The notes beneath the pieces were generated by a model. The model saw only the letters and a list, made by a program, of their open reading frames with translations, searched no databases and was not told the DNA's origin. Of a stretch of 64,000 nt of DNA, positions 42,601 to 56,920 are shown piece by piece. The DNA comes from Octopus vulgaris (lineage: Eukaryota). How positions within the stretch are numbered: position 1 is the stretch's first letter; each line of letters starts with the position of its first letter. The stretch lies in contig OX597816.1 of assembly GCA_951406725.2 (NCBI GenBank), positions 126,170,001 through 126,234,000 of the forward strand, read 5' to 3'. The position numbers and the translations under genes are program-made.

Positions 42601-44526
42601 AAGAAGCAAGTCTTCAAAAGGTTCCTCCTCAGGTGTAGCAGAGGTTTTGTGCTAACCAAATGAAAAGTAGAAATTTAATCTCTGACATTTTGATGTTTCT
42701 CTTCTTGATTTGTAACTTTTGTCATCCTTTCTCTGTCCCAGCCAGTTAGTTACTACATTTTAGTAATTTTATCAATGACATTACTAAGAATGATAGTATC
42801 AGCATGTGAGAAGCATATTTCATAATTAGATTTGGTGCAGTGATCCTTGATTTCACATTGACTTTCAGTTACCAGCAAATGAACTGACCAAAAATGCACT
42901 CATTGTCATTTATTTCATATTACAGAAAATATATCTTTACTTATATTACATTTAGTAAATATTGGTAGGTTAAAAAATTATTGATAAAAATAATGTGAAA
43001 AAAGACTGAAAGACATAATGCTTATTAATACAAAGCCATCTATAAATATGCAAAGAAAACATAGAGAAAAGTAATACATGCATGTATGTATCTACCTGTG
43101 CAAACTCAAAAATATTTTGTTAACTGATCAAAGTTTTTTTTTATCAGCAACAATGATCTAATATTGTGTATAATCCATAGGAACAAAGGTATATATGTAA
43201 AACAAGACAAAATAATATTGATTACAATAGAATATCTTCCAGAGTATAAACAATATATACAGTCAAATTAGCAGTGAAATAACACAGTTTTATACTATGG
43301 GAACATATAAAAATCCTTGGAAAGAATTAAGAGGTTTTAAATATAATGAGAGTGCCAGAAATAGCAATGGAAATTTGTATTTAAATTGAACTATAGCGTG
43401 TTCAAGTTCTCTGATACTGGTAGTTTCTCTCTTTGGCTGAACAATCTTTCAGTTAGTGAGTGCTGGATCTGTTAGTCTCTCTGGTGCTAATGCAGAATCT
43501 GCTGGAGCTTATTTCAGCATGCAGTTAAAGTGATTGAGAGAAAGGTATAAATGTAATATAGATATATTGAAGCTAATCTCAACATGTGGTCAAAGCATAT
43601 GAAAATGAGAGAGGATTAGAGACTGAGTGAGAAATAGATAGAGAGAGAGGAGCAAGAAAAAAGAGTGCGAGAGAGGGAGAAGCATTTTTGTTACTGGCCA
43701 AGTGAACTTTAATATCCTTATATAATATAGTAGAATAATATAAGTGCTTTAGGGTCATGTAATATTAGTGAAAAACTGAAAGTGCTTTGGGTTTATATAA
43801 TTTCTAATTTCTGATTGATCAGTAATCTGAACAAGTGAATCAATGATCACACCATGAACATGTGCTTAACAGGCACAGAAAAAAGTACTAAAAACAATCA
43901 GCTTGAGGGAAGTGAATCAACAAGAGCCAGGTTCACATTTTTGCTTGGTGAACTGCTATATATACATACATAACTGTATAGTCATTAATTTCATTTTTTC
44001 AATATATCAAACTTAAAATTACTGGGATTGTGGTTTGTGATGTAAGAAAGATGAAACTCTATGGGATCGTCCAAGGAGGTTACAGTATGGTTTGTTTGAT
44101 TCCCCAGATATCAGTAGCCACCAATGCAACAAAGTAGACTAGACAGTTCAAAACACTGGAAAGTTAATCAAATAAAGTAATGAGTTTAGAAAATTCTTCT
44201 GTAACTCAGGTCTTGCAATAAAAACAATGAGTTTTGACTTTTATCCAATAACTAAACTAAAGAATTAAAGCAATTTTTGAAAAGAAACCACTTTCAAAAA
44301 ATGTACTCTTGAGAAACGTTTGCTCTCTTGCTCACTTTTGAGCTATGCTACTGTTTTACTGTCTGCTTTTAACTTGGAAGAAATAGCTGTATAAATACTC
44401 AGATTAACAGGTAATATCCCGACAAATGTTTATTTATTCAACTATGCAAACATACTATAGAATAATATATTTTTTGAACTTGAGTCCGAAAAGTAAATAG
44501 CAGAATGTGAAATTAAGAGCCTAATA

Positions 44527-44745
44527 TTGGCTTCAAATTTTGGCACAAGGCTAGCAATTTCGGAGCAAGGAAAAGGTTGATTACATCGACTTCAATGCTC
44601 GACTGGTACTTAATTTATCAACTCCAAAAGGATGAAAGGCAAAGTTGACCTTGGCAGAATTTAAACTCAGAATGTAAAGACAGATGAAATGATGCTAAGT
44701 ATTTATGCCTGACATGCTAATGATTTTGCTTACTCACCGTCTTAA
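44527..44745 (-). mobile_element. Family C SINE (tRNA head, central domain resembling Meta/MESC)
   Basis: + strand gactggtacttaatttatcaactccaaaaggatgaaaggcaaagttgacc..aactcagaatgtaaag; homologous to 55871-56117. Confidence 0.8.
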
Positions 44746-47700
44746 ATCAGGGTCATAATAGAAGCAGAAATAGAATGGTTGATTTACAGACACACTCTAA
44801 CATCAAGGTATATATTTTTATTCTGACATTAAATCTCCATTTGTTTTTAATTTTTGTTTTTGTTCAAATATACTGGGATTACTTTAATCATCTATAACAT
44901 CTGTCCCACTAAAATTGTTCTTGTGCCTTATAAAGTGAAATTAATATTATAGATAAAAATATATACTGAATTATTTCAATCAATGATAGTTAATTTAAAG
45001 ATGTTTATAAGCAGATAGTGTTTGTTTTTGAGAATATATCTTTAATTTTGGACTTGTAATAGGGAAGGCAGATTCACAGATGGTCAAGTTTCCTTGTGCT
45101 ATTTACTTAAAGCCTTTTATGTTCTAAGTTGAAGTCTTTTCAAGACTGATCCTGCCTCTTACATTTTCTGCATCAACAAAGTAAATTACTAGTTCTGTAG
45201 TCAATTTGTGTTTATTCCAATATCAGAAATAAACACTGTTATCAAGTCAAAATAAGTGCAGTCATGACTTTGAATTTAAAAATTTCACTTTTCAGCTATG
45301 TGTTTCCAGGTTTTATCCCACCACCATAGCCTCAAGTTGACCAAAGCCTTGTTAGTGGAACTTAGCATATGGAGACTGTGTGTGTATACATGTATACACA
45401 CATATATACTCATACACACACATGTTCACAAATATATTTGTGATATACATCAGTGAAAGTTATAAATGCTAACTAGAAAACCAGTAAGCTGATGCTTTCA
45501 AACAAAAGTACCCTGTAGTATCTGTTCCACTTGAGTTGTGCAGGTGCTTCATTGTTACTCTTGACATTGTAAATGCAATGAACTAGTGATTGACCTGTAG
45601 AAAATCTATAACCAACGACACTGTTGTTCACATAATCTGATATTAAATAAAATTAAAAAGAAAGCTAAACATTTTCTATTGATGTTGAAATTTCTTTTTG
45701 AAATATAATGAAATGAGTTAAATTATCAATATTACTTGAGTAACACTAATTTGCTGCTGCCTGTAAGGTTCAAAACAATAAACAATACAATTAATCGGTA
45801 ACGCATGAACAAATAATTACATTACTGCACATACCAGTCTCTCAACAACTGATAAGTCATATCTTTATACAGTGGAATTTGCTGCTGAAATATTTTACCT
45901 TTCAAAACAAAAGTACCAACTATTCATTTCATTAGTGTTTATTCATGTTCATAAATAAATAGTTTGATGTTTGAAATATTCACATCTAAAGCAATGTGAA
46001 GTGAAATTAAGAATCTTTGAAGAAGTTTCTAGTTTTCTTCAACATCAGAAAATATCTCATTGTTGTTATTTTTTTTAGCTCCCAAACAGCTCTGATTGAA
46101 TGGATGTGTGATAAAAGATATTCCATCCATGACCATCCTGCCATTTTATATATCAGGGGAATACATTGTCTTCTTTTTTTATAGACAGGTAGAGTGCAAT
46201 TTGAGTTAAATTAAGCTGATATTTAAAACTGAGTGACTACATAGTAGCTTTTTGCCTTGTGAAAGTAAACAACTTCTGATGAGTCTTAAGAAAATACCAT
46301 ATTTATTATACTGGTAATGTAATTGATCATTATTCTATCATTGCATATATTGGTTATGATATTTAGTTCTTTCCCAGAAATACCTTCAATACAATAGTAT
46401 AACTATACAATACTGAATTTGTTTATAATCAACAATATAACATGGTGTTTATCTTATTCTTCTTCCGTTGCTCATTTCCTCTTAGGATAATTCATTGTCC
46501 TCACAACCTATTGTTTGGTTTGAGTGTTGAAAGTTTGCCACTATCAACTATCACCTTATTTGCCATTTTCTTAACTTTATTTAGTGCCTTTTCTTCATAT
46601 TTCAAACTTTTGCTTCTGTATTGATTATATAATATATACTAGAATGAGCTAAAGTCAGATTCATATTATTTTTCAGATCTGAAAAAAAAAAAAAAGCAGA
46701 AATGTGATCTTTTAATATGTTTTCACAATTATTGTTGGTCTAAGATAAAGCAAAATACTTTCTAATGTTTCCTCTTCCTTTGTATAATACAAAAGAATCT
46801 AATATATTTATAACATATACTATGTGAATGCTTAAATACACTTTGTAGATTTCATCCAAACTTTTCATTTAGTACTGATTATACCAAACCTATTCCTTTC
46901 CCACTCACTTTTTTATGTCATGGCACAATAAAAGAGCTATTTGTTTTCATTCAGAGCTTCCTATTTATTCAAGAAACTTTCCAATCTAGTGATTTTGAGG
47001 CATATTTTAATTTTCTTTTCAATGTGTGCCACAAATACATGAGATTTGTTCATGAAAAAATTGTATTATTTGAACTGAAATAAAAAAAGATAATAATCTC
47101 ATGAATAAGATATTCTAAGATTCTTGTCAAACCTTTTGTATGTTCAAATAATTTGCATATTTCATTAAATAGCATTCTTTATCTTTTTTAATTTATCATT
47201 CATTGTGTTTATCTAAAGTCTCATTTTTTAGAGTTGAAAGTTTAACTTTTAGCTTCATCTTATTGGTTTTCTATAACATTCAGAATATTTTAACTGATTA
47301 ATTATTACTGAATATTTGAGCTACTATAGTTATTTATGAGTAATAAGTTTAAAGCCAGCTGGTCTGTGGTGCCATATAGCCTTCAACATCTATCTGGGAT
47401 TGATAAGTCCCCAATAAACCAAATAGGTGTAGTGTTTCTAATATAAATGGTTTTCACTGCATCAGGTTCAAATCCTACTGAATTAACTACATAGCAAATT
47501 CACGTTTATTAGCATCTTTACCTGGAAGAGTAACTCTGTGTAAAAGTTGAATAAGTTCTATATTTAAGACAAGATTGAAGAGTAGTTAAGTATCATTTTT
47601 AAATAAATGACTTAAGCAGAATACATGAAATAAATTAAATTATGTAGAATTGATTAGTTGTAGATTTTTGTTCTAAAAAGGAGAATTATGAGTAACATTT

Positions 47701-48920
47701 AGTCTAGCTTATTGCAAATAATCTTTTAATTTCATCTCTGTTGCTTTGTAGAAAATTTTTTACGTTCCAATTTCTATGAACAAATTTACCAAGTGATAAT
47801 CCAATTTAGTCTCTGTATTTTTACATCTCTGATTCAAAATAGTGTTTCTTTCCATTGAATATTTGCGTCTCATGGTTAGATATTAAACTATTCATCAAAG
47901 GTCTCCATGCTAGGAGCATAGAGAGGTGTGACATACTGCTAAATTAGCGAGAAATTACTACTCATGGAAAAGATGCTAATCTGTCTCAATAACTGTTGTA
48001 GTAGGATTTGAGCTTGATACTCATGAGCTAGTTTTGCTCTCCATATAAGGAACATTACATATAAAAAAAATTAAAACATAGATTAAAATGTTTGTTGTAT
48101 ATATATATTTAGAAAAAATCCCCAAGCAGCTTGCTAGCTTTTATTTACATCAAAGCCATCAGAGATGATTAAATAAATTTAACAAAACTTTTAATATGTG
48201 AGCCATTTATTAATGGCACAGAATTCCCCTAGCCTTTTGGCTTTCTATTTAATTATTTACATAAATGAAATAAAATGAATTTATCAGTCATTAACTATCT
48301 CCATTCCTGCATCTCTCTTTTTGAATAATCAATTCAATACTTAAATGCCAAAATTTCTTATGGCAAGTTGTTTATCTAACAATGTTTTATCTCCTTGTGG
48401 TTTCTTGCTCACATATGGATAATTGTTTTAAGTAGCTTAAGTGCTCTAATGTTAGCTACTTTCATAACAATCATAGTTTATTGCCTCAAAGTCATTTCAT
48501 GCTGCAATAATATCATATCCCTGCAAAATATCAAAAACCAATATGGAATTTAAGAGTTTACAGTTTTCATTAAATACTAATTTAGCATGACTATCTATCA
48601 TTCTCAGTATCAGTCATTGAAAGTTGTTGGTCTGGATTCCATTTTTGAAAAGATGTTACTGTGAATAGTTATGCATAGGCTTCTCTTTATTTGAATCACT
48701 CATCAACATTTTTATATTAGTAAAAATGCTGAAGATGTTTACAAAAAGACTTTGAAGTGACAGATGCAATTTATTTCTAATTATTTTCATGGTCTAAAGC
48801 TATTAACTAAATTAGCTTATTCTGTGGATTTTATTTTAAAATTGTAACCTTCTAGGAGGAAGCAAGACCGGTCTTTATAAATCTGACAACTATCTGATTA
48901 TTAAAATTCATATATTCCAC

Positions 48921-48989
<69 letters not shown>
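48921..48989. repeat. (GA)n microsatellite
   Basis: Directly visible. Confidence 0.95.
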
Positions 48990-48990
<1 letters not shown>

Positions 48991-50319
48991 GTCAGTATAC
49001 AGTGTGTTGCAATAACTACCAAAAGATTAAATTACTTACACCAGATTTGCAACATTAAAAACACTTAAAAATAATTATTTCAAATCTATCTTGAAAAATA
49101 GTAAACATCAGTTAAGTTTGTACTGTATTATAGTAACATCTATAACTATCCACAGCATGAAATTGTTGTAAATAGTTGTAGTTTCTATAAGGAAATAATA
49201 TTTAGTTAATATCTAAAGAATATCAGTCTTTCTATTGACTGGTTTTGAAGATATGTCTGGAATTTAAAAGAATATATAATATTGATTCATTTTGTCTAGA
49301 CAAAAGGTTAGTTTTTGGAGGAGCAGGTGTAGTTGAGCGAATCTTATTTAGAATATAACTAATATTAATCATATCAATTCCCAAAAGAATAAATCAAAAG
49401 GCATTGCTAGGATTCAACCCTTGAGTTAAATGTACTGAATTAGATTTGTGAGACTCTGAAGCATAGCCGTAAGGGATAAGAAGCCAAGTGGACAGAGATG
49501 GAATTCAGAACACAGAAGTATAAAACAAACTTCAGGCATTTCATGTGGCATTGTACTGTTTCGTTATTTGTTACTTCTTAAAAATCAAGACAAACCTACC
49601 TCTATGTATTCTATATGCATTTCTTTCATTTTAACTATAGAACATATATAATTATGTAATCATTTTTTATCTGGAACATATAATTGTGGAATCATTTTAT
49701 TATAGAACATATATGATTATGTATAATTATGTAATTTTGAAAACGTGAAATTGAATATTATCATTTATTAAAAGAGGGGTGACTGCAGAAACTTTACAGT
49801 CACAAACTTGATCTTACTTCTGACAAAATAAAGATCTTACTTCAAAATGTCAATTACTTTCAAATGAGTCCTAAATTTTAGTTCTGCCACGTCTGTTAAT
49901 TCACAAGCTGCTTGATATTCCATCTTGCTATATGTCTCTCTCTTCTGCTTTTCTCTCTATTTCTCTCTCTCTCTCTTCTGACGTCTTTGTTGCTCTCTGT
50001 CTCTCTCTACCCTCTGTCACTTTTTATCCTTCCTCTCACAGCCACCTGACCTGTGGTCATTGTCACCTCTCTCCTCCATTTCTTTTCTATGCCTGATCAC
50101 CCAGACAAACAGTCGTGTTTCTCATCCCCCACTTTCAACATATTTTGTTGTCTTAGTACTGTTCATTCCATTTCCAATCCCTCAGGACACTTTTCCTGGT
50201 GTTACTCATATAGCTGTCTCATGTTTGAGCTGTAAGACTTTATTCTGTTTATTTCATTGTGTTTGTTTTCGTCTCTGTCCTTTGTCTGTTTGCTATTCAT
50301 CTTATCTTGAATATTTTGT

Positions 50320-52316
50320 TGCACAGAACGAACCATATCGTCGTCCCATTCCTGTGACCCCTCTTTCAATTCTTTAGCCAGGTTGCAGAGCTTGGCCAGC
50401 TGTTCCAAAGTCAAGCCAGTTTGGTCGACAACTTCTTCCGTTTCTTCTTCTTCTTCGCTGGCCGACTTCGTCAAGTCTTTGAGGTCTGCATTGGTTAGCG
50501 GCTGGGAGTAGCAGTCTAATAACACATCGATGTCTCCCGTGGTCATGTCTGCAAAGCCGTCACCTCCAGTGATTGCAGCCAACAGCAAAGCTTTCTGTAC
50601 TGCGGAGTGCTGGATTTCGGCTGGTGTAAATCCCTTGTTATAAATAACCTCGGGCCACAAAGTTTTCCAGCTCGCGTTAATGGTGGCAGGCTTCATTTCT
50701 TGCAATGCCGTCTGGATATTTTGGAGGCATGTAGCGATTGTGTACTGCCGCCACTAGCCTTCAAGTTAAAATTTTCGTCTTCGTCTTCTTGGGTGGCATC
50801 CACCAGGACATTCCTCATGTATAGGGCCTTGAACGCCCTGATAACCCCCTGGTCCATTGGTTGAATAAGTGACGTAGTGTTGAGCTGCAGGAACTCAATC
50901 TGAATGCCCTCATGTGAGAGATCAGTAGTGTGGCCACCAGCGTTATCCATAAGGAGAAGAATTTCGAATGGCAAGCACTTCTCTAATAGATACACCTTGA
51001 CTTGCGGGATAAAACACTGGTGGAACCAGTCGGAGGTCAGCATCTTCATTATCCACACCTTTGGATTGTGCATCCAATGTACGGGTAGCAGATTCTTGTT
51101 TTTTGTTTTTTAAAGACTTGTAAATAAGTTCTGGCTTTAACAAAAAACCCGCAGCATTGCCACACATCACGAGGGTCACACGATCCTTGTATGCTTTAAA
51201 GCCAGAGGCTTTTACTTCCTCTTTGAACAGGAAAGTTCGTGATGGCATTCTTTTTCAAAACAAGCCCGTCTTGTCCATATTAAAAACTTGTTCGGGATTA
51301 TATCCACCTTTGGAGATAATCTTGAAAGTTTCATTCACGTATGTTTTAGCAGCGCTCATGTCAGCAGAAGCAGCCTCGCCATGCAGGGAAACGCTTTTTA
51401 GGCCGAAGCATTTCTGAAACTTAACAAACCACTCTTTTCTAGCAGAAAAGGACGTTTTTTAGATTGTGAATCACAGGACGTCACTGTTTGCGGATCTTCT
51501 ACGTCGTCTTTGTCTTCTTCCTCTTCTTTTTGTTCACCACTGTCGTCCTTAGCAGCGAAAGTCTCGTACAAGCTCCTAGCCTTTGTTTGGATGATGTTCA
51601 TATCCAAGGCTATGTTCTTCTTTCGGCAGTTGGCTATCCATACGGCCAAAGCAGCTTCCATATGGATGATAGTTTCATTACAAGCCGTAATTATTCTCTT
51701 CGCCGACTTATTATAGGTGATGACAGCCATCTTCCTAATGTTAGCCTCGTCCTTCTTGATGTAGCGAACAGTGGATTCGTTCATGCTAAAATGGTAGGCT
51801 ACGGCAGCAAAAGTTCTCCCTTCCTTCAACATATCCAGAAGTTTCACCTTCTCACCGATCGTCATCATTCTTTGTTTGCATTTAGGCTCAGTACCAGCCT
51901 TGGAAGAAGCAGCATGCTTGGGAGCCATTACAGGGGATGAAAACGCAAAGAAACAAAAAAAAAATCACACACAGCACAGCGTAATTTGGTGCAGTAAGCC
52001 ACTCGGTGAGATAGCTTGAAGCGAAATGGCCGCGAGAGAAAGACAAGGAAAGACACTGCGGATCTGAGCATTGGTCAAAGTACCAATCACAGGCCAGATT
52101 ACAAAATAGAAAACTGTGATTTGTCGTCTCCATTGCACCAATCACAGCCCATCTTAAGTTCAAATACTCCTGTATATGCTTTTTTGCTATTTTACACTTG
52201 TTTTGTTGTTCAATGGATTTAATGAAAAATTATAGGTGTATATATATGTATATTTTAAAAATCCGCAAAGTCGTGAATGTGCGATAGTTGAACCACAAAG
52301 TAGCGAGTGATCACTG
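50320..52316 (-). mobile_element. pogo/Tigger DNA transposon, frameshifted transposase, 5' TIR present, 3' end truncated
   Basis: MAPK..MTIGEKVKLLDMLK..NESTVRYI (CENP-B HTH); FNMDKTGLF*KRMPSRT, KDRVT, LLLMDNAGGH, TTSLIQPMDQGVIRAFKA (DDD domain); terminus TA-CAGTGATCACTCGCTACTTTGTGGTTC at 52318-52290. Confidence 0.93.
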
Positions 52317-53014
52317 TACTATATTTCTCACTCTATTAAAAGACTTCACACCTGAAAAAAAAAAAAAAACATCATTAGAATATATATTTTGCAGTAAGTT
52401 AATACCATTAACATATAAGTGCCTTAAATAAGTACCAAATAATTAAAATCTTGTCAGATCAAAATGCTGAAATTATTCTGAATATAAATTTTCAATAAAT
52501 GAAAGAACATAAAATTTGCAGTATTAAAAAATAATCCTACTAAATACTGTCAAACAAATACTAAGGAAAATTGCTTTCTAGAACTGAATACTATTTACGT
52601 TGCCAGGTAAAATTTTATTGTATATTTTGTTAATTCTAAATACATAGAATAGAAATATTGAATCTATTTCAATTCAATTTATTTTTCAACTTGTGTACAT
52701 AATTCACTTATCAGTTGATCTGTCACATTATTCAGTAACATCTAAAGTCTGAGATATTTCTCATTAAAATTACTTGGGTTATCTGGTCAAAAAAGTAATA
52801 TCAATTTAAAATTTGATAAATTTAAAGTTTGTTACAGATTTATTTATGTTAGCAAAATATTTGAAGATTAAAAGAATGAAAATATTTAGCAATGTTTAAC
52901 TATTGTCCTTACTTGAATAAATGAGATGATGATGGAATTTTTTGTAGCTTCTTATACCAATTTTCTTCTACACAGCTAAAGGTTAGATGACTTTTTTTTT
53001 TTTTTTTACTTATT

Positions 53015-53370
53015 TTTGACTTTTGGTTATGGCCATACTGGAGCACCACCTTGAAGGGTTTAGTTGAACAAATCAACCCTAGTACTTATTTTTTAAGTAC
53101 ATGTATTTATTCTAGCTGTCTCTTTTTTCCAAACTGCTAACTTATGGGGAAGTAAACAAACCAGCACTGGCTATCAAGTGGTGATGGAGGACAAACATGA
53201 ATACAAAGACACACACACACATTATATGGTGGGCTCTTTTTAGTTTCTGTGTACCAAATCCACTCATAAGGCTTTGGTCAGTCCAGGGCTATAGTCAACA
53301 ATACTTGCCCAAAATGCTGCACTATGGGACTGAACCCAAGACCACATGGTTGGAAAGCAAGCTTCTTACT
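53015..53370 (-). mobile_element. Family A SINE
   Basis: + strand tggccatactggagcaccaccttgaaggg..ccaaatccactcataagg..acttgcccaa..gggactgaaccc..caagcttctta. Confidence 0.82.
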
Positions 53371-55870
53371 TGTAAAGTGTCTTGGCTGGTATACTTTCTA
53401 ACACTAACAACTATGTTGATTATACATGTTCTGGGTCTGTTTTCACAACTGTAGAATGTCCACCTGTCAATAGTTGTACATTCCACCAAATGTTGGTAAT
53501 TTTAAAAAACTCTTTTTGTCTTCATAAACATTGATTTTCTCAGTGACTGTAACCCTTATCTCAAATGCTCCATTATCTTATATTCCTAAAATCTAGGATT
53601 GCTAATTTTATATAGATGTACTTCATTTTTCACCTGTAGAAATCTGTAATGTGTTTACCATTGGGGACTGACAACCTGACAGAATTAATGACATTTGGTT
53701 ACTTCCAGAAGGAAGAAAGCCACTGCACAGTAATTTTTATAAATTTAAACTGACCATTATTTGTTCAATATGGAAAAGTGAAAAGGAATATTTAAATTTT
53801 GAAGAACATTTGATACCCAATTATGCTGTGTTTAGCTACTCTGTGAGCACAATATATTTAGTATGGATAATTAAAAGTACCTTTAGAAAAAAGACATGAT
53901 TCAGTCAGTTAGCCCAGCATTATTGAAAATCTTTTATCCCTTGTTCTTTATCATGCTATCTCTGCCCCTCTGCATCTACTATTATAATTGTTTCCATTCT
54001 TCCTAGTGTTCCAACAGAATGTTGATTCTTTCCAAGCTGTTTGTGACACATTCTCTTTCTTTTCTACTACTTTTACTAAATCTCTTAAGTTTTTTTTGTT
54101 TTTTTTTTGTAATATGGAGCTTTATATGCAGTTCTTTATTTCATAAGTCTTCTTTTTAGTTCCTTCAATTTTTTTCCAGTATTTTCTGAATTTACTTACC
54201 ACCACACTTTTCTAGATCTATAGTAAGTTCACCATTTATCTTTTAACCATACTGATTACAGATAGTTTCTGTTGGCCAGAGGTGATGCCTTTACTTCTCA
54301 ATCAAGCTTTAGAAAATATTGAGGTAAAAACAGTTAAAATAGAAATATTAATAAAATATAAAAGATCATGTTTTGAATTCAACCTGTTTGTACAATAAAT
54401 TTAGAATGAAAATTTCAATCAATAAATGTTCCCACATGAATTGTGGGTACTATATTGCCTTGGTATGATAAGTTTAACCTTCAGTAAAAAATGTAATGAA
54501 TGTAATGGAAGTAAAGTCTAAGCCATGACAAATTGAAAATGAGATAAGAAGCAATTCCATTGTCTTCATAATATAACTCCAACTGAAGCTTTATAATTCT
54601 GCTGTTGTTCTCTGTACTTGGGGTTCTTCATCCTTTCACTGTAGTAGCTAGTTTGTAATTTCCTTCACATTATCTCATAATCCTTCTAAATTGGTTTTGT
54701 TTCTTATTTAATTTGATATGGGAGAACTATTTATTTCATTTAACTCTCCTTGTAAAAGAGAAGAAAAAATATTAATTTCTCATTCCCTCTTCAACATTGC
54801 TGTCATCATCATAACATGAATTTATCATGCATCTGTTGCAGAGAATATCACCATCATTTATTTTGATTTTGTATCATTTCCTCCCCACTCTCTCTCAAAT
54901 AGGCTGTGTGAAGAGGTAAGAAAGATGTGTCCATATCATGGCCCTACTGCCACTTTGTGAGCATAACAAGAGGAAAGAAACATCTTTGTTAGGCTTTGCA
55001 TCACCTCTTTCCATGTCTTCCTTTGTCTTCCCCTGTCAGAAGTATCTTCCAGGTTTAGCTCACAGCACATTTTGATCCCTTGTCACTTCGAATGACTTTA
55101 TTGGCTACTCTTTTTATCACTTCATGTCCATCTAGCTTTTCCTGAAAGTTAACTTTGCAAATGCAATATACCATTCCTTTCATGCCCCTGCAAACCTTAG
55201 ATGCCCAACACTTATATATCATTATCATGCAGCATCACAAGTTTTTACAGATACTTAATACAGTTTTCTATTTGTTACATAAAGAAAGTTGGAAAAACAT
55301 TGCGAAGCCAAGCACTCCAGTACTAAACTTTGAACCAGAGTACCTCGTCCTCATATTTTGCCTTGCAATTAGATTTAGATTATGGTCCTTATTAAAAAAA
55401 AAACCTTGCAATAGTTACTGCACAACACTCTATCCTATATTAAATTCATTGCATACAAGCATTTTTCACATGGTATCTTAGCGAATTGTAATGAAGTCTA
55501 ATGTAGCTAGATATATAATTTTTTTGTTAATATTGTATTGGTGAGAAGACATTATTAATTACCTGTATAGATCCTTTTATATCTGATAAATAGAAGTTTT
55601 CATTGAAATTGTTGCAGTTAATTTGAAGACTAAAATCTCGAAGTCTCTAGTTTTGGAGATTACACAAGCTAGTGGACTACAATATGAAAATGCTACATGT
55701 AACTTGTTTATGTGATAAAATGCAGGTGGTTGCAATCGATGGACTCAAGTTTAAGCATAGCACAATTAGTACAAGAAGTTGCTTCTTAGTAACAGGATAA
55801 GTGGCACAAGTAGCTTTGTAAATTTCTACCTCAAAAGAAATAGTGTTTTCTATAATTAGGCAAGTAATTA

Positions 55871-56117
55871 TTTTCTTATTTCTTATTTCTTTATTGCCCA
55901 CAAGGGGCTAAACAGGGGGGGGGGGACAAACAAGGACAGACAAAGGGATTAAGTTGATTACATCGACCCCAGTGCATAACTGGTACTTAATTTATTGACC
56001 CCAAAAGGATGAAAGGCAAAGTCAACTTTGGCGGAATTTGAACTCAAAACGTAACGGCAGACGAAATACCGCTAAACATTTCGCTCGGCATGCTAACGTT
56101 TCTGCCAGCTCGCTGCC
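55871..56117 (-). mobile_element. Young full-length family C SINE with a 15-bp target-site duplication
   Basis: TTAGGCAAGTAATTA at 55856-55870 and 56118-56132; tRNA-like head ggcagcgagctggcagaaacgttag..gagttcaaattcc on the minus strand. Confidence 0.92.
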
Positions 56118-56635
56118 TTAGGCAAGTAATTAACTAGCAGGCAATAACTTTGATCTATATAATTGAAATTTTAAAAAAATCTTTAATGATGTAGTAGCTG
56201 ATTGAAGCAATATTTGAATAATGTATTTTTAAGGAGAAAGTGACTGAATTTTAAAAAATAAGTGATTGAAAGTTCTAAAAATGCTATGAATGACTTACAG
56301 ACAAATATATTTTAGCATTCGATTAATCACTTATCAATGCAATGTGCCTCTAAACACCATAATTTCACATGCTCAAAGATAAAAATGGAACAATATTTCA
56401 TTTTCAAACTAGGTACCATGTCACTGGCAGGTTTAGATGAAAATTTTTTTCCCTTCTACTCCTACATCTCCTCTAAGTTTGGTAATCTCTTTCTTATCCT
56501 TGGACTTCCTTTACATTTCAATTTTTTCCTTCATCTCACCCTCACTTTGCTCATTTCTCATTTCATTTCTCTTTATTTCTAATTTTCTCACCAAGTTTCT
56601 CTCACTTACTATCTACAAAATGTTTTTTAAAATCT

Positions 56636-56920
56636 CATGGTGTGGCAAGTGATAAGAAACCTATCTCCCAACCACATGGTTCCAGATTCAGTCCCATTGC
56701 ATGGCACCTTGGAGAAATGTCTTCTACTATATCCTTGTGAGTGGATTTGGTAGATGGAAATTGAAAGAAGCTTGTCACATATATATATGTATGAGTGTGT
56801 CTGTGCTTATCCCCCCACCATAGCTTGACTACTGATATTGGTGTGTTTAGGTCCCCATAACTTAATGGTTCAGCAAAAGGGACCAATGGAATACGTACTA
56901 GGCTTACAAAGAATAAGTCC
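56636..56920 (+). mobile_element. Family A SINE, 3'-truncated at 56920
   Basis: catggtgtggcaagtgataag..ttcagtcccattgcatggcaccttgg..gtgagtggatttggtagatggaaattgaaagaagc..ctaggcttacaaagaataagtcc, then an abrupt end. Confidence 0.82.
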